A DNA stretch of 56,692 nucleotides, the filler included, from Ionaspis alba (lineage: Eukaryota), in assembly GCA_964255285.1 (NCBI GenBank). It is 3 parts of 3 records of this genome, joined end to end, with 100 filler letters (N's around TTAATTAATTAA, not from the genome) between each part and the next. Parts side by side here need not be neighbours in the genome. Positions count along the whole stretch, not along the records: positions 1 to 18,848 come from CAXUUL010000277.1; 2 more parts are not named here. One strand, given 5' to 3'. The translations under genes and the position numbers were made by a program. Of this stretch, positions 1 to 14,432 are shown one piece after another (the first letter of the stretch is position 1; each line of letters begins with the position of its first letter). The notes under the pieces are model-generated. The model ran no database searches, was not told the DNA's origin, and saw only the letters and a list, made by a program, of their open reading frames with translations.

Positions 1-939
1 GTACGTGAACTTTTCCTTCTCAACAACCAAATCTGTGTCCCTCGATCCCGTTGCCCTCTTCGAGGTGTCTTTCGGTTGATTGTTGGACAGCTCGATCTAT
101 CATGGAGCCATCCGTTCTCTCTCTTTAAGAAGAACTTCTATGATGTCAATTTCCGGTCGACAGATTTCTGAGAGATCGATACCTTTACGAAGCCTGAGCT
201 CCCGCAAGGTGAGCTCGGCGGAGGAAGGTTATCGAGGGCGTCATATTCCACCTCTCTTTGCCGACTGGTCGTCGACCTATGAGGCTAGGGATAAACCATG
301 ACTATTGCCTACATATTTCCGACGTTGGCTACATGATTTTACGACTGTTGCTCTATTTGGCGCCTCCATTTCCAAATGCAGGGGTAATAACCATCTCCCT
401 TTCATATTTTCACAGACTGCGAATCATGGCTTTTTACACAATGAAATCGAGAGAACCAATGCTTTACGGAGTACCATCATGAATCGAATGCCTTCCTCAT
501 AATCTCTCATCTGGAAATCATCTCATTCAAGTTTGTGAGACATGTGTTTGATCGACAACTGATTGTAGGTTCTGCAGAGCCTGTATGGTCTCAAACAGCA
601 ACGTAGAACTTAAATATACATCTACATCGAAATAATGCCGCGCCATTGCCTCCGCTACAAGCTTTGCGAATCCGCTACACTGTGAGGCTCTAGAGACATG
701 AAAATTTAGCCATATATATTAAGCTTTCGCCGGCTTACCAGGATCAGCCGGCCCACTGCACGGGCCATCCAAATAGTTGTATAAGCTCACTCCCTTTGGG
801 AACTCGACGTGAGACAATTTCCTTTCAACTCACAACTTTCCACCTTAAGCTCGTTCTCGCTCATCGCAGCTACAACCCTACCTTCCTTTCACTTCCTACA
901 TTCAATACTATATTCACACTCCTCAATACTCTTTACAAA

Positions 940-2597
940 ATGCTACCATGTACCAGACTAGCCACGCGGAGGGCTGTTGCTCCCCGTACTGTTGCCACAA
1001 CTCTCACAGCTGCCTCGAGGCCAGCTTCGACTTGGGCAAACGTGCAACAAGGTCCACCAGTGAGTACTCTTTTGGCAACTGATCAACGGGGATATTAACA
1101 CTCCGATAGGACGTAAGCAGCTCTACTGTCCTCTTAAAAAACCAACACTGATATGCGCGTTGCTTCTGAATAGGCCATTCTAGGTTGGTTACACCTGATT
1201 GTTAGCTTTCACTATGGTTGCTGACGAGCATAGGTATCACGGAAGCTTTCAAAGCAGACAGCTTCGGGGAGAAGATCAATCTTGGTGTTGGTGCATACCG
1301 TGAGTTCTCACCGATCACCTCCCTTTACAATTGGCGCTTTCTGACAGGCCCATAGGGGACGACAAGGGAAAGCCATACGTCCTGCCATCTGTTCGGACTG
1401 CAGAAAAGAAGATTGTTGACTCCCAATTGGATAAGGAATACGCTGGTATCACTGGTGTTCCGTCCTTCACCAAAGCCGCCGCCATCCTTGCCTACAGTTC
1501 TGACTCGGCACCGATCAAAGAGGACCGAGTCGTTATTACCCAGTCTATCTCTGGTACCGGTGCTCTACGGATAGGTGGAGAGTTTCTTGCGCGCTTCTAC
1601 CCTAATGGCAAGAGGATCTTCATCCCAACGCCTAGCTGGGCAAACCACAATGCTGTGTTCAAGGACTCAGGGCTCGACGTGCAAAAGTATAGGTACTACA
1701 ACAAGGATACGATTGGCCTAGACTTTGACGGAATGCTTGCCGATCTCAAGTCCGCACCCGAGGGTAGCATGGTCCTTCTGCATGCCTGTGCTCATAACCC
1801 TACCGGCATCGATCCGACAGAAGCTCAATGGCGACAAATCAGTGATGTCGTCAAGGAGAAGAAGCACTATCCCTTCTTCGATATGGCATACCAGGGTTTT
1901 GCCAGTGGTGACACCAACAAGGATGCCTTCCCTATCAGGCACTTCATTGCAGAAGGTCACAATATGTGTCTTGCGCAGAGTTTCGCGAAGAACATGGTAC
2001 GTGGTTCGAGCAATTGACTGATCACAACATTGCTAACATAGTGTAGGGCCTCTATGGAGAACGTGTTGGAGCATTTTCGATCGTCTGCGAATCGGCTGAA
2101 GAGAAGAAGAGAGTTGATTCTCAATTGAAAATCCTTGTCCGACCCTTGTACTCGAACCCTCCGGTCCATGGTGCACGAATTGCCTCTGAGATTCTCAACG
2201 ATCCTGCCCTCAACAAGCAGTGGCTTGGAGAGGTGAAAGGCATGGCAGAGAGAATCATCAAGATGCGAGCGCTGCTCAAGAAGAACCTTGAAGACCTGGG
2301 AAGCAAGCACAACTGGGACCACATTACCTCCCAGGTCAGCTTTCTGACGTCTACGGTAGAAATTGAACGCTAATGTTACGGACAGATCGGAATGTTCGCT
2401 TACACTGGTCTCACACCCGTGCAGATGGACCAATTGGCGAAAGAGGTAAGTCACAAGTTCCTAGTGTGACAAGACTTTCTAACCAGTCATAGCACTCTGT
2501 CTATGCCACGAAGGACGGACGTATCTCCGTTGCAGGCATCACAACTGGTAACGTCAAGAGGCTTGCAGAGGCGATCCACAAGGTCACCAGCTCGTGA
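940..2597 (+). CDS. AAT1: Mitochondrial aspartate aminotransferase (multi-exon, includes a 3-nt and a 10-nt exon)
   Basis: Arg/Ala/Thr-rich presequence, then [22 protein letters not shown]...[47 protein letters not shown] and C-terminal DGRISVAG. Exons were joined manually at GT..AG boundaries. Confidence 0.96.
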
Positions 2598-5208
2598 GTT
2601 GATATTGTCGGCTCTTCTTGCTTCGCCCCAGATATCTCTGTCCCCGCATCGTTCATCAAAAGGCTCGAAATTGTCACATGTAATTCTAGATGCTCGGGAG
2701 TGTTGGACATAGACTTGTTCATCGGCTTGGGAAGGATCGTCAATAGACTTTGGTTGTAGTATAGATCGTGTACTTGAAATAGAAACCAAAAGTAATCTGC
2801 TTTGGTAGATCGGCTCGTCTTGCTGAGTGCTGTTCACTTCGTCTCTTAGATGTGCTCATCCGTACAAAGCTCTGTTGATCAAAGAAGGGCTACGGTGAAT
2901 GAGCACGATCCTTCGAATGCGGCCACCTATGTGACCGGAAAGTCAATTCAGAGGGCGCCTCCTATAACCAATCCGATCAAAGTGATAAAGCCTGCATGAT
3001 TCTCCCTTCGCCAATATGCACATCCCCCGAGTTACTCACCATCACACTAGAGCTCAATGGTAATGTCAATCAGGCGTTATGTTCTTTGCTTTTCCCGCGA
3101 GCTTGGACCTGTTTCCGGGACCTGGCACGTCCGAACGCTGGTGGATCTACTTTTGGCTCTTTCGTGGAAGGGATGTCACGCTGCAGAAAATTGACTCGCT
3201 TGTAACCTGGTACGACCTTGCTCGTTGTTGACATTGGCGGCGCCGATCTCTCTGTTGTACAACACATGGCAGGAGAGGGGGGCTGGCTGAAGGGTTGCTC
3301 GTGGGAGAGGAATTGAGACGTGTCGCATTTGAATTGCTTTGATCCTATTTCTTGCCTTGTGTTTTATGAGCTTGTCTCGCTCTCACCGACACCGTGCTCA
3401 TTCACCTCCTTGGCGCTTTCTCTTCAATTCAGTCTTTTGTTTCGACAGCAAAAAAGAGTGAGCGCTTGTGAGGCTCTGCCGGCTGCCACTTGAGTAGGCT
3501 GCATGCTAGGTCGTGTATGAATGTTCCCAGAGCCGACGTGCGTGCGTGGAAGTTTCTTTAGTGGCTTCGGTATGCACGATGATGCTGGTGATGATTGGCG
3601 AGTAGTAGGCTAAGGAAGAACGGCACAAGATCCAAGGAGGGCAGCCGGATCGAGTCGGCGGCCGCCCACATGCAGCCAACGATTCCCTGATCGTTTTGCT
3701 GGCTTGACTGCGCTGGCGATTGTTGAGGAATTCTGCATTAAAACGGAGAATTGATGGCTCATCAGATGGGACCTCATCAACTGGGTGGAGGAAAGATTCC
3801 GAGTATAGAAACCATCCAAACGTCTGGAGCTGGAGGCAAGGTCGTATCTGTCGGTACCCGCTCATAGTGGCATTCCTGCCAACGATAGCACGGCAAAGCA
3901 CCGCCATGAGCTCCTCATCCCTGTCAACCCTGATGCACGAAGAAATCCTCGTCATAGTCCAACTTCAACAAGTATCAAGTTGCGGAAGGAATAGCCTGCT
4001 GGATCTACCTGTATGATCTGGCGTGGCCATGCCAGCAGATTCAATTGCCAGCATCAAGGTCGATGAGATGGCATGGCGAGCAGCAAATCCCATCATGTAT
4101 CAAATACTGCAGGATCCTCCATGACCTTTCTCCTGCACATCCGATGACAATAGAGTAATAATAAGAGCAAATTCCAGCGGGCATTCTTAGCTTCGTTACA
4201 GGGTTGGAATGGGATGCCGCTCAGCGTGGGAAAGAATTGGAAGCGAAGCCAAAGACGGCGGCTGGCTTTTCCAGCTACTCTTTCCAACCCACTTCCTGTC
4301 TTTCCGGCATGACTTGCTATTGTCTCCCCGAGCTGGTGATCCATAGTAGATCTCCTTCACAGCATCGTGTCATTTCACCAGCGAAAGGACCTTGCAACGG
4401 TCATGCTGATGGTTCGGAGTAACACCCACAGAATAAACCCCAGTCATAGACCAAATATAGATCTCACGTAGGGAAAGACCTTATGATCTCATCCGGCGAG
4501 AGACTTATCCAAACTGGGGAGTCCGACAAGTGGTAGAAACTTAAGGCTCGTGCTCCGAACTCGTTTGCTCAGCTAGTAGTGGGAGCAGCTCTACTCCACC
4601 CCCTCCATTTCTTGCTTCGAAGCTTCTCCGTGAGAGACCGTCTTCCTCCTCCCAATACCTTGTCGATTGATGAAGTCAACGCTACATCGATTATCCTGTC
4701 GGCTTGATATACTGCTTACCCCTCTGCATTCCCATCCTTACATATCAAACTTCTTGGTCTTTGCCTTTGTTCCTCCTCTCTACACGTCTACCTAGAGCCT
4801 CAAACCGACAGTAACCGCAATAAGCCTTGTCTAGAAGGCGTCATTCGTTCTATCTGTACTGTTACGTCCCTCTAGACCCTTACTGGCCTGTGTGGCTGCT
4901 GACATGCTCCAAGAGTTCTTATACGCAAAACATAAACCTCATCCCGAAGACCTTACAATATCCAATACTACAGTACATTTTGCTCGTATCAAGCATCCGT
5001 GCGCCGAAAGCAGAAGCGCGGATATCAAGATTGGATAGCGATCGGAGAAAGACCATACCAAGAGGCTCGCCATCCTTAGGCTCTCAAAGCGCATATCAAT
5101 TCCATTAGAGCTTCTGATTAACCCTGACTTCATCTACCGCCTTTACCAAGAATACCGTTCACCTATCCAGCCAGGAGGGAAGCAAGTAGACGGCATCCGT
5201 CGATAACC

Positions 5209-5948
5209 ATGGCAAGTACTGAAGAACGCGTGAGTCGTTTTCGACATTGCATGCTCCAGCCATCGACAGCAGGAATATCGAATCCGTTTACATTGAAGCT
5301 AACCGCATACATTTTTGGGTTGGATAGTCCGAAGATGGATCCCAGCTTCCTGAGTTCGGCGACAGTATCGACGCCATGACCTTTGAACAAATCCTCGAGA
5401 TGGACGATGACGAGGAAGAGCGGGAATTCTCCCGCAGTATCGTCTTCGGCTTCTTCGATCAAGCCGAGCAGACGTTCAAGAATATGGAGGAGAGTTTGTA
5501 AGCAACTTTCTCATGTTCGCACCGTCGCGCAAATCCACAAGCGTCCATCGCCCTGCGTACATGTCCTGACTTCCCTTTTGGCAATCTCGCCTGGTAGCCC
5601 TCACCATTGTCCTTCGTTATCTCATCTGGCTACACCTTGTTAGTTACAATACTTCTCAAGACCCTATCTTCTAACCAGCACTCTAGGGCGGCCCGCGACC
5701 TCAAAAACCTCAGCGCATTAGGGCACTTCCTTAAAGGGTCCTCTGCAACACTCGGTCTAACAAAAGTTAAGGACAGCTGCGAGCGCATCCAGCACTTCGG
5801 CTCACACAAAGACGAAAGCGGCACTGTGGACGTGCCGGACGATACTCTTTGCCTGGAGCGGATTCAAGAGACGTTGGCGGCTGTCAAGGTGGAGTACGCA
5901 GAGGTGGAGAAGAAGCTGCGGGCGTTTTATCATGATAGTGGATCGTGA
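5209..5948 (+). CDS. YPD1: Histidine-containing phosphotransfer (HPt) protein Ypd1
   Basis: Spliced product contains TFEQILEMDDDEEEREFSRSIVFGFFDQAEQTF and LGHFLKGSSATLGLTKVKDSCERIQHFG (phospho-acceptor His motif). Two introns. Confidence 0.95.
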
Positions 5949-6870
5949 AGAGCGGGAAGAGGGGGGACGGAAAATTAGAGGAAGGTGAAGATACAGGATT
6001 TGATGCCGGGTGCATGCTCGGCCCACGTGCTGCTGCGAGCTTTTGAGTGCCTTCACAGCTCTCTCTACCCCTATGCTTTGATAGCTAAGCCTAATGAGTA
6101 TGCTTGGTTGGTGATAGATAGTCAGATTGAAGTTGTCTTAATAACTTGAAAGCCTCCCCCTACGGATGAAAAAGGAAGAACTTATTCGTTGACAGCCGCA
6201 GCTGCCTAGAGGAGAAGGAAATACAAGGAGCTAAAATTGGCTGCGTATAGCGAGCTAAACGTTTCTACTCCTATTTCGCAGCACAAAATCTGACTTTCGA
6301 CCACTCCTGGGAGTTCGCAAGCCCGGGGATGAGGGGTGGAGAGGTGCCTGGGCCTCTTCTTGTGGAGGTCCAATCTTCTTCTCCTTGAACATATTGCTCA
6401 ATTGCGGCAACCCAATGCGGTGTGGGATCCGACGTAGAAGGTGCCTCGATTGTGACGTGGTTTCTTCCAGTGGTAATTGCAGAATGCCAATAAGTATGCA
6501 TTTGAGACGCTTAACGTACAACTCGTGATGTATGACCGTAAAAGCAGTCCGAGTAAACAACATTTTGCACGGGCATATGGTCGATCTTAACATTTAGTTC
6601 AATTTTCTTAAAACTGTAGACATTATCTTGATGAAATCATTAGAGATCCTGGCAACTTAGTGAATGAATGCCAGTGTTGATACTGAACTTTCAATTCTGT
6701 TAGATGGAACAGCGCTTCGGAGACATGAAGGGACTTGTGAGCTTTGATAGCATGTTGTTCGCGGGCTGAGAGACGGGCCATTTATTCAGAAATCTATGTT
6801 GTGCGATTTAATGACATAGACATAGTCGTAAGATATATTTGTAAAAGGCCGACCTTGTGGTTAAAATGGT

Positions 6871-7004
6871 GGCTGGATAGTTCAGTGGCAGAAGTGAGTT
6901 AACGGCAAATCTCACTACACTATTCCTACTAATCAGTATTCAGTTCTTGCTTTGGGCTCACTCCAATCTGTAAGAGGTCCTGGGTTCAAATCCCAGTTCA
7001 GCCC
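6871..7004 (+). tRNA. tRNA-Pro(UGG) with a canonical 12-nt intron (6957-6968) and an extra 50-nt insertion in the D arm (6894-6943)
   Basis: Removing both inserts gives a full cloverleaf: acceptor GGCTGGA/TTCAGCC plus C73, D stem GTTC/GAAT, anticodon stem CTTGC/GTAAG with loop TT-TGG-GT, T arm CTGGG-TTCAAAT-CCCAG. A T-run Pol III terminator follows at about 7009. Confidence 0.92.
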
Positions 7005-8216
7005 TTGCTTTTTTGTTTTTTCCCCTTTCTTTTCTTTCATTTATAGACCTGCATTCAAAAATCAGGTAGTCAGATAACAATTAGATACCTACACATTTAT
7101 TAGACAATTAGCAAGCAAGCGCAATTGCACCATTCTTATGTCCAGCTCGATTTTTGGTGACCTTTAGTTCTGTCCAGATTAGGTGGATATTACCCTGAGA
7201 TTACAGCGGCATGATTCAGCCTTGGGTTGATGGAACCCGCATGCTCCTCGGGTCTCAATGATTGCAGCGTTTGCCCAAATGAAAGCCTCCACAAATATAA
7301 TTTAATTTTGTGATCTCCTTCCGGGTATCATCTCTGCGCCGCTATCTCATCTCCTGTGAAAGAGAAGGGAAGAAGGGGGAAACCCCAAGCAGGATAGAAC
7401 CGTAAGTATCTCTCTACCCTTTGGATTCAATGTTGGCACCAATCAACGAGCATATAGGGAAAAGCGGCCAGCAACCATGTAAGGAAATACTTGACAATGG
7501 AGCAGGTATATGTCAGGCTGGTGGAAAAGGATTGGGGACATGATGGAGGAGAGGTTTGGGATGCAGAAAGAGAAGAGGGAGACCGCTTCCATGGCAGGGC
7601 ATCGAAAAGATTGAACGTTTAAAGAATGGCTGGCGAAAGGCCAATGCCCGGACTGTCAGGTTGTCAGTCGTTGTCTTACCCTAACTTCGCTTGAGCGCTA
7701 GATAGTTTGAGTCAATACTATATGGTTCTGCGAATGTCTCCGGTGACCACCGCCAGTAGAGATCAATGACCCGGAGGTTGACAGAATTTCGCTGCCAATG
7801 CGGCATCTCAATAACGGGCAGTTCCATCAAATTGACTGCCTAAGCCCGGTCTGAGTTAGTCAAAATTAGGGGTTAGTTTACTTGGGGCTCCCGTTAGGTG
7901 TCCCACCAATTTTCTCCGAAGCCAAGAGCCTCAAGGCTAATTCTGCCGCTACTCCTTTGAGTAGCACAATTTAGAAATAGAAGACAGTCATGCGCAGCTG
8001 TTGGATCTATCTTTCATCAGAATCTGGGAAGACAATTACTTTCTCGGAAACTCTTGCTACAGACCTAGGGACTAAGTCCGGCGGTCTGCCGCATGCGCTG
8101 ATGAAGACCACCTGATGGTCAGCATTAAATGATCTGATCTCGACACCGTCCTGTCCTTTCCTCCCTGAAGCTCTAAAGGCTGGATCACAGCTACTCCGAC
8201 TGCTCAAGTCTCAGTC

Positions 8217-9318
8217 ATGCACGGCCACCTTCCCCCTCGCAAAGTATCACATCCTTCGGCATACAATCGCAGCCCGCGGCTATCATCGTACCAGAAAAGG
8301 AGGTTGAAGTTTTGGAGTCTGACAGCGCTGGTGATCGCGACGTTCTTCTATCTTTCTTCGAGGCTCTTTAGATCCTCGCCCACGCCTTCCCTGTTACCAA
8401 AATCTTCGATTCCTTCAGGATCCCCTGAGGTGGTCATAGTCACGGTGCTTGACCCTGATTTGCGGAAAGAATATGTCGCGAAGATCAAAGAGAATAGGGA
8501 GGACTACGCTAAAAGATTCGGTGTGTTTATTGGACCGTGCCCCGGTCACGATACTTGCTTGATGCTAATTTGTGGGAGTTGAAAGGCTACAAAAACTTCT
8601 ATGCAAATGCCTCCGACTATGAAGTCGGACCTTCTGCCCCAAGGTCTTGGGCACTCATCCCCGCTCTTCGACATGCCATGGCCCAAAACCCATACTCCAC
8701 ATACTTCTTCTCACTATCTCCACACTCCCTTATCATGAATCCCTCGCTGTCCTTGATAGACCATATCATGGGTCCGAAGAAGCTGGAATCACTCATGCTC
8801 AAGGACAAGCCTGTCGTTCCACCAGACAGCGTCATCCATACCTTTTCGCACTTGAAGGGCGATAAGATAGATCTGGTCTTAACGCAAGATGGAGAAGGGC
8901 TCTGTCAGGAAAGCTTCATTGTCCGTCAGAGCGAGTGGTCCAAATTTTTTCTAGACAGCTGGTTCGATCCTTTGTACCGGTCTTATAACTTCCAGAAAGC
9001 GGAGGGGCATGCGTTGGTTAGTACTCCTGAGATGATTTCCCATTGAAGTTCGGAAGGTAGAACTGACGCACTTCGAAATTGCAGGAACACTTGGTCCAAT
9101 GGCATCCTACCATATTGACCAAGCTTGCTCTGATCCCACAAAGGATAATGAACTCGTACACGGTCGAAATTGAAAGTAGAGGTGGGAAACAAGTGACCTA
9201 TCAACGAGGCGATTTCGTGGTTCGAGCTGTTGGGTGCGAAAAAGGACAGAACCGAAACTGCGAGAAGGAAATGGATCCTTGGTATGCGGATTGGAAGGGT
9301 GCCCAGAGCTCTGGATAG
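8217..9318 (+). CDS. MNN11: Golgi alpha-1,6-mannosyltransferase complex subunit, Mnn11-like (GT34 family)
   Basis: N-terminal LPPRK motif, one TM anchor, then IKENREDYAK, LMLKDKPVVPPDSVIHT, WFDPLYRSYNFQKAE-HALEHLVQWHPTILTKLALIPQR. Two introns. Confidence 0.85.
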
Positions 9319-9802
9319 AGGAACTAGGTTAAAATACCCAGAGAAGATTGGTCTGATGTATTCATGTTGGGATCAAGGCCGATTCAGGCGGCGTTTGGGC
9401 AAAGCAGGATATATACCACTATTGGAGGTCTGTTTTAGAAGCTGTCTGAGGCATGTAGTTGGTCAGAGATAATGATAATCTGGCTCGCATACGTGCTGTC
9501 CCTACTCGACTTTATGCTCACGTGGCACTCTCGTGATTTCCCCGGACCTTTACCCCGATGTCGGTACATAAGCGAAAAACCCATCAGCCTTGTGCCAATA
9601 AGATGTCATCCACCAACCTCAGTTTGAGGCGAGGTCCAGCCTCCAACTGCAGAAGAGTCATACCACCTGAAAATCTGTCCTGTTATTTTCTAATTTTCTC
9701 ACACTTGTGTGCTTTGGATCTCAATATATCTAACCTTCGTTTCCGTGTATCTTCTCACCACAATTGAACGATCCACTCACTATACGCAACAAGTCCATAA
9801 AT

Positions 9803-11524
<1,722 letters not shown>

Positions 11525-12007
11525 GTGCGGTGAATTGCATATATGGGGCTGATTTCGCATGTCGGTTACGCGCTTATGGTATTTGTGTTATACGGTTGGC
11601 TTCTGTGGATGAAAAAGTGCTGCATCGATTATATGCCGGATTTGATCTTTTGGTCATGGAAGGGGACACTTATATCCATAGTTACCGCGGGACTGCGAAT
11701 GGTTTCAAGAGTTGACATGATAATCATCCATTTCCAGCTCTTCTGTGCCAAATGAGGTGTGGAAGAGTATTCAGTAAAATTCATTGATGCCTCATATTTC
11801 CGTTCATGAAATGAGGGATTTCCAGCTTGATAACCTTTCTCGCTTGCATGTGATCCATTCCCGCTATGCTCCTCTCGAAACCCAAAAGCGAGCTGCAACC
11901 GTCACCCATCTCCCAACGTCAACGCTATGCATCGATTCCTACCCCATCAACTAGCAGCCTCGGTCTCTTGTCATTATACAAGGCCACCAGTACAACCAAA
12001 TGCTTCC

Positions 12008-13811
12008 TCAAGCCTTATAGAGCGTATCCAAGAACCCACCGGCCAATTGCACAACAATGCTTTTATCAGGTAACAACCCAGCCCCATAAAGCGCAGCGGT
12101 CTTTCCCCCTGCCGCTCCCTTCTTCCCTTTCCCTTCCGCAACTCTCACCCTCTCCTTCTCCCTCTCATCCTCTACCGCCGCCACCAAATCCGCAATCAAC
12201 CTCTCCAAAGCCCCCACAATCGGCAGCGTGAAGGCGACGTGAATAGCGGGTGGGTTCTGCAACGCATTGAGATGCCACCCCCTACTCTCCATACCGTCCA
12301 CCAGATCGTACACATTCAGTGTGCTGGACGTGAACGCCACAACGCTGACAAGCGGCTTGCCAATGACGCTGAGATCAGGCGCTAAAGCCGGGTGCTCGTG
12401 AATTGCGGCTTCGAACGTCTTTGCTGCACCGACAATCTTGTGGCATGCATCCACGTACCCACTCTCACCCTGCGCCATCAACGACGCCCAGCAGCCGGCA
12501 ATGAGAGCACCTGGTCGAGAGCCGGCCATGCTTGGGGACGCGTAGACGCCCCCGGACCAGTCCGGGGAGATAAAGTATTGGTAAGTGCGGAGGGCGGCTG
12601 TGCGATACAGAACAGTCGAGTTACCCTTGGGTGCAAACCCGTATTTGTGCGTATCGCAGCTGATGCTCGTGACACCTTTGAGTGTAAAATCGAAGGGTGT
12701 GGTTTCGAAGCCGGCGCGGGCCAGGAAGGGGACCAGGAAGGAGCCGAGGCAGCAGTCGACGTGGAGGGGGAGGGATTTTTTGAGAGCGAGGCGGGAGAGG
12801 CACGGGATGTCGTCGATTATGCCGTGGGGAAAGTTAGGGGCGGAGCCGACTAGGAGGATTGTGTTGCTATTAATGAGGCGCGAGATGGAGGGGAGGTGGG
12901 CCCGGTAGGTGGGGCCGGGACAGGAGACGAGATGGGTTTTGATTTTGAAGTAGGCGCCGGCTTTGCGGAAGGCGGTGTGAGCTGTTTCGGGGAGGATCCT
13001 GTGACGGATTAGGGAGAAGTCGAGAGCGAAGAAGAAGGGGAGGACTTACATCTCAGGCTCTGTAACACCACGTTCAGCGTAAGCTTTTTGCCTTGCGCTG
13101 AGGCATGCCATAAGAATTGACTCGGTGCCTCCACTGGTAGTAACACCAGCAGCTCCTGGTGGTGCGTTGAACATGGCAAGAACCATAGCCACTATCTCAG
13201 CTTCCATCTTCCGTACTCCAGGAAAGACATCAGGATGAATTGGATTTGCAACCATGAACTTCTTGAAGGCGTCGGATTGCAGATTTATCAGATCTCCACC
13301 ACCATGATAGACCGCTCCGCTCACCAATCCGTCTTCCCACCTCGTATGCTCCATCTCACCCAGCTTCTCCAGTTCTGCGTTCACTTGCTTGTCGGACCAT
13401 CCTTCCTTTGGTAAATTCAGATACCGACTGACTCCAGGACCTTTGGGAACGAGTTTTGCTTCAAGCTTGACGATCGACTCTTGGACTTGTTTCTGAACCT
13501 TTGGACGCACACCAGGAGCTCGAAGGAACAAGCCATAAAGTATTCGACGGATGGCGGAGTATGCATCGATAGTGGTCCCGAAAACGCCTCGACCTTTCAG
13601 CTGGAGAGCTGCTTTTCGTGTCCATCGTAAGAGGAAAAGGAAGAAAACGATATTTCGCAGCCTACAATGGTCAATGGCCGTTGCTGATAACGGACATGGT
13701 TGACGGAGCTCACAGATCCACATTCAATAGTGCTAGATAGGTCCGCCTCGAAGTTGCCTTCTGGGATGTGAGCCCATTCTTGAGGCTAATAGCCAGACTT
13801 GAGGAACCCAT
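12008..13811 (-). CDS. DPL1: Sphingosine/sphinganine-1-phosphate lyase (PLP-dependent)
   Basis: WEDGLVSGAVYHGG, NPIHPDVFPGVRKMEAEIVAM, TSGGTESILMACLSAR, SISCDTHKYGFAPKG, GSRPGALIAGCWA, GWHLNALQNPPAIH. Two introns. Confidence 0.96.
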
Positions 13812-14432
13812 GATAATGTGATGAAATGTCGATAAGATCAATTCGATCAATCTTCATAACCCTGCTGACGGCTGTGAGCCGGAGATAAGAGCTCGAATCG
13901 CACGGAATCCTGCTGGCATGGGACTACAATAATTGTGCATGTGAAGCTCGGAGGAATGGCGGGCCGTTCGCCCAGCTACGCACTGGGGTTGCAAAAAAGT
14001 CGGTAAACCAAAGCCGCAATTTAGGTGGGCATGCGCCTGACAAANNNNNNNNNNNNNNNNNNNNNNNNNNNNNNNNNNNNNNNNNNNNNNNNNNNNNNNN
14101 NNNNNNNNNNNNNNNNNNNNNNNNNNNNNNNNNNNNNNNNNNNNAGTGATTGCATAGTCGAGAATTAGTAGCTTTAGTGGACACTCCCGCTAAACATCTA
14201 CTTTGTTGTGCCAATTTTTCTGTCAGAGCGTATGGTAGGAACCTACTATAAGCACTCTAGAACAAATCCATATTGGAGGGCCTCCAAGTGTTCAAACTTA
14301 ATGGAATTACTTCCCCAAAGTGATGACTGCTTAGAAGCATAGATTGGGGTTTAGGGCTGTTGTGCCTCGGCAATTTAGCCGCGAAATTCTATCAGTTCCG
14401 CGCCACATCAAAAATATCCCATATCTTTCGCC

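Noticed and set aside
7395..7412. ATACTTAC on the minus strand, resembling the 5' end of U1 snRNA
   Set aside because: It continues GGTT rather than CTGG, and no U1 stem-loops or Sm site are evident.
7676..7880. Telomere-like or telomerase-template-like motifs (ACCCTAAC, TTAGGGGTTAG)
   Set aside because: These are isolated short matches, with no tandem array and no supporting telomerase RNA structure.
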